From the NCBI GenBank assembly GCA_963775465.1, contig CAVZIW010000001.1, forward strand, positions 288,001-352,000: a stretch of DNA of 64,000 nt, given 5' to 3'. The stretch is from Candidatus Bathyarchaeota archaeon. GTDB taxonomy: Archaea > Thermoproteota > Bathyarchaeia > Bathyarchaeales > Bathycorpusculaceae. The position numbers were made by a program, and so were the translations under genes. The notes below the pieces were generated by a model. The model worked only from the letters and a program-made list of their open reading frames with translations, made no database searches and was not told the origin of the DNA. Position 1 is the stretch's first letter; every line of letters begins with the position of its first letter. Below are positions 60,800-64,000 of this stretch, piece by piece.

Positions 60800-61753
60800 T
60801 TAGGTCATTTGTTCTTGAATCCATTTATACGTTTTAGCCATACCGTCTTCTAGAGAGACTTTAGGTTCCCAATGAAGCACATTTTTTACAAGAGTAAGGT
60901 CTGCATTTCTACCGCGAACTCCCTGAGGCGCGGATAGATTATAGGTTTTTGCTATTTTTTTTCCGGAAAACTTGATCGCCATATCAGCAAGGTCATTGAT
61001 GCTTATGAGCCTGTCTGAACCTATGTTTATTGGTTTGTCATAATCTGATTCCATCAGTTTAATGGTTCCCTCTACTGCATCGTCTATGTAGCAGTAAGAT
61101 CGAGTTTGTTTTCCATCACCCCAAATTTCTATTGACCCGGGGTTTTGGGCTTCTACAACTTTTCGGCAAATAGCAGCCGGAGATTTTTCTCGTCCGCCCT
61201 TATATGTTCCTTCTGGCCCATAGATATTGTGGTAGCGTAACATCCGAATGTTCATTTTGTAATCGCGCTGATATGCTTCACACATTTTTTCGGTAAATAA
61301 TTTTTCCCAACCATAAAAATTGTCAGGATCTGCAGGATAAGCATCCTCTTCTTTTAGTCCCTTTATATTTGGATCTGTTTGACGGTAGGTTGGGTATACA
61401 CACGCAGAACTTGTGTAAAGATAACTGTTAACGTTGTTTTGTCTTGCACCTTCAAGCATCAACGTATTTATCAAAATGTTATCGCGCATTACCTCCGCAC
61501 CTACTTCTGTTATGAAACCTATTCCCCCCATGTTTGCAGCTAAATTGTAAACTTTATCAATATTCTCAGTGGCTTTAAGACAGTTTTCTTGATTGCGTAA
61601 ATCGATTAAGAGTTTCTCAGAGCAATACTGTTCTTTTATGTAATCATCATACTTTATGTCGGCGGTACGTACAAAATTACCTTCCAAAAACAATCGTCTG
61701 GCTAGATGACTTCCAATGAAACCACCGCCACCTGTAACTAAAATTCGATCCAT
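60800..61753 (-). CDS. GDP-mannose 3,5-epimerase-like extended SDR
   Basis: LAANMGGIGFI, SSACVYP (catalytic Cys), YGWEK, HNIYGP.GT..GGREKSPAAICRK, GVRGRN. Confidence 0.85.
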   Translation of the reverse strand: MDRILVTGGGGFIGSHLARRLFLEGNFVRTADIKYDDYIKEQYCSEKLLIDLRNQENCLKATENIDKVYNLAANMGGIGFITEVGAEVMRDNILINTLMLEGARQNNVNSYLYTSSACVYPTYRQTDPNIKGLKEEDAYPADPDNFYGWEKLFTEKMCEAYQRDYKMNIRMLRYHNIYGPEGTYKGGREKSPAAICRKVVEAQNPGSIEIWGDGKQTRSYCYIDDAVEGTIKLMESDYDKPINIGSDRLISINDLADMAIKFSGKKIAKTYNLSAPQGVRGRNADLTLVKNVLHWEPKVSLEDGMAKTYKWIQEQMT

Positions 61754-61915
61754 GTATTTTTCCTCAACTTTTATTTTAGAAAGTTTTGTTTAATCCTCTT
61801 TATTAGCTTTATTCCTAAGACGTCATACAAGAGACAACAGAAACCTCGTTTGTAAAACCGCAGAGTTAAATTATAAAAAGACGTTCTATGTTAACGAAAT
61901 CAAATTCATACTAAC

Positions 61916-62716
61916 TTATAGTAGTGGATGAACAGTTTCATGAATTAATTCAAGAAACATTCGTTTAAAGATCTCGCCCCCATTACGAACCCTAAGCTTC
62001 TTTCTACCCAATCTTTCACGATAGCCAATCGGTATCTCCAGAATTCCAAAGCCTTCCTGCTCTACGTGATGATTAAGTTCCACCTCAATATCGAAGCCCT
62101 TAGACTGTACCTCCCAGTTTCTCAGGAGTTCCAAGCGCACAACTCTCAACCCAGTCAAAGGATCAATCAACTTAACACCATTAAGAAGATTATGGGCAAA
62201 TGCAATAAGTCGATTCCCAAAATAGAAAACATCACGTAACGCCTTTCTATCAATGTTTTCTGTGAACCGGTTTCCACAGACCATCCCAACTTCAGGATGT
62301 TCATCTAGAATCCTAATCATTTCCGGAATATACTCAGCTGGATACGTGTAATCCGCATCTGTGATAACAATGTATTTAGCTTTAGGCTCCAGGTATTCTA
62401 TTGCTTTTGCAACAGCATCTCCTTTACCAAACCCATCTTGCAAAACAATTTGCGCCCCCATTTCTTTGGCTACCTCAACTGTTCGATCAGTACTTCTTCC
62501 ATCCACTACCAAAAAATCTGGGTTACACAAGTAAGTTCTAATTTCAGCTATTGTAGGCCCGATTCCCTCTTGTTCGTTTAGTGCAGCAATTATGACCTGT
62601 GGAGATTGAAAACAATTATTTGCTTTGGCTTGAGACAAACACTTTCGTAAGGTATTCGTAGAAAGTCTGGTTGAAGAGCCACAAAGCTCTGAAGGGTAAA
62701 TTTGCATCAGGGCCAA
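61916..62716 (-). CDS. GT2 glycosyltransferase, DPM1-like; paralog of 17419-18183
   Basis: IIAALNEQEGIG, GKGDA, TDADYTYPAE, DPLTGLRV, SKGFDIEVELN; start codon uncertain. Confidence 0.9.
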   Translation of the reverse strand: MALMQIYPSELCGSSTRLSTNTLRKCLSQAKANNCFQSPQVIIAALNEQEGIGPTIAEIRTYLCNPDFLVVDGRSTDRTVEVAKEMGAQIVLQDGFGKGDAVAKAIEYLEPKAKYIVITDADYTYPAEYIPEMIRILDEHPEVGMVCGNRFTENIDRKALRDVFYFGNRLIAFAHNLLNGVKLIDPLTGLRVVRLELLRNWEVQSKGFDIEVELNHHVEQEGFGILEIPIGYRERLGRKKLRVRNGGEIFKRMFLELIHETVHPLL

Positions 62717-63464
62717 ATCATCCGTAATATTTTAAGATTCCACATTTTTAGCTGGGATTGTACTTTGTAGCTGAAACCTAGTTTGAAATTACAAGCATTT
62801 ATGTTTTCTGCAGAAAAAAGGAAATTGGCTTGGCTAATGCAATCAAAATACGGTGAGTCTGCTGAATTTTGAATGAGCAGGTCGTCTTCAAACCAGGTGA
62901 AGGAGTCATTAAAAGCTTTGATATGAAAACAATCTCCTTCATCTCGAACTAGAGAAAACAGACCTTAACATATAATTAAGCACTATTTCAAAAAAAGAAA
63001 TATGCCAAAAATCATTTTACTGAAGTTTTACTTCTTAAGCATAACACTACAAAATCCCTTCCTGAAGGAAGTGGACAAGGAAAAAAAGTTAACTTAATTA
63101 AGCTCTAACCTAACCGATTGCTTCGTCTGTTGTATTTCCTAGTCATTTAAGGGTTCTGGACAACTAAACCATATTCTATATTAATAAACTCTTGAGACTT
63201 TAAACTGAAGTTGGGAGAATTTCATCTAATTTTTATTCTCACTGCTCGCTTGAGCGATTTCTTTCATGCCTAATTTCCCTCAAACCTTGAGATTTTGAAG
63301 ATTAGAAACATGTAAAAAATATTTCTTAAACCCAAACGCTAAAAAATTTTTGAAAGAAATTGAAAATTAGTGATAAAATTAAAAATCGTTGATTCAGGAT
63401 TCATTAGACTTAAATGTATCAAGAATTAACATTGACTAACCTTTGCCTTAACCGCGTGAATTTT

Positions 63465-63650
63465 ATGCAAAAACAAAAAACCACAAAAGAAATACAAACC
63501 ATACTTGAAAACGCTAACATAGATTTCGATTTAACCGTCAACGAAGCATTAAACGCCTATCTACCTAAAATAATGTTCAGCTGCCCCTTCACTGAAGATG
63601 TCTGTAACAAAAAACAATGTATCGGCTGCGAATCATCCAATGCCCCATAA
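63465..63650 (+). CDS. Small protein with helical N-terminus and C-terminal four-Cys cluster
   Basis: NANIDFDLTVNEALNAYL then CPFTEDVCNKKQCIGC; ATG 63465 preferred, 63414 possible. Confidence 0.7.
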   Translation: MQKQKTTKEIQTILENANIDFDLTVNEALNAYLPKIMFSCPFTEDVCNKKQCIGCESSNAP

Positions 63651-63756
63651 TAATAGTTTATTTTGGATTGAGTTTGACAAGATAGGGAATATGAAATAGT
63701 TAGGGAAAGAACGGGCAAACTAAATTAACAGCTATACAGGTTTCGCTAAAAGTGAA

Positions 63757-63888
63757 TCATTTGGAGGGTATTAATTTAAGTGCTGGGTGGTACCATCGCT
63801 GGATCAACTTGGCAACTTCTTTTGAATAACCGTAGTCGATTAGGCTACTAAAGATTTGTTCTGTTGAGTGGCGATTTGAGGCTTCCAT
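63757..63888 (-). CDS. 43-aa micro-protein, probably leaderless
   Basis: Manual translation MEASNRHSTEQIFSSLIDYGYSKEVAKLIQRWYHPALKLIPSK*; TTTATA box ~25 nt upstream of the ATG. Confidence 0.6.
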   Translation of the reverse strand: MEASNRHSTEQIFSSLIDYGYSKEVAKLIQRWYHPALKLIPSK

Positions 63889-64000
63889 AAACTTTGCTTC
63901 GTTCTATTCTAATATAAATATTGTTAATAAACAGTAAATATGTACACTTGCACATCATGAATACACATTTTCCTTTTACGTCATTTTGAGGTTGGAAATC

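Overview
This is an AT-rich archaeal chromosomal window, most likely from Bathyarchaeia. That call is an inference from the gene families present (large PQQ-type beta-propeller surface protein, DUF2206/DUF1616 membrane proteins, S/T/P-stalked proteins with C-terminal TM anchors), TATA-type promoters and oligo-T terminators. 0-7.4 kb: several unannotated Cys/His micro-proteins, a promoter-aligned hairpin RNA candidate, tandem DUF72 genes (one ending in a canonical PCNA-binding PIP box) and a PQQ-like surface protein. 7.6-13.6 kb: the highlight, a compact cbb3-type (C-family) heme-copper oxygen reductase module. It comprises ccoN, ccoO fused to two extra cytochrome c domains, ccoS (missed by the ORF track), a stand-alone FixP_N-like peptide, a divergent DUF420-like gene and a frameshifted ccmF. 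This is unexpected in a lineage regarded as anaerobic. 17.4-62.7 kb: a ~45 kb cell-surface glycan locus bracketed by two inward-facing GT2 paralogs. It holds GT2/GT4 enzymes, a flippase, nucleotide-sugar enzymes (RfbF, two C-methyltransferases of which one has lost its catalytic residues, a GDP-mannose 3,5-epimerase-like enzyme), secreted or anchored CAZymes (CE4, GH5, GH18-like, SGNH) and repeat-rich surface proteins. At least seven genes are broken by +1 insertions, probably long-read consensus errors. No rRNA, tRNA, CRISPR array or transposase was recognised.
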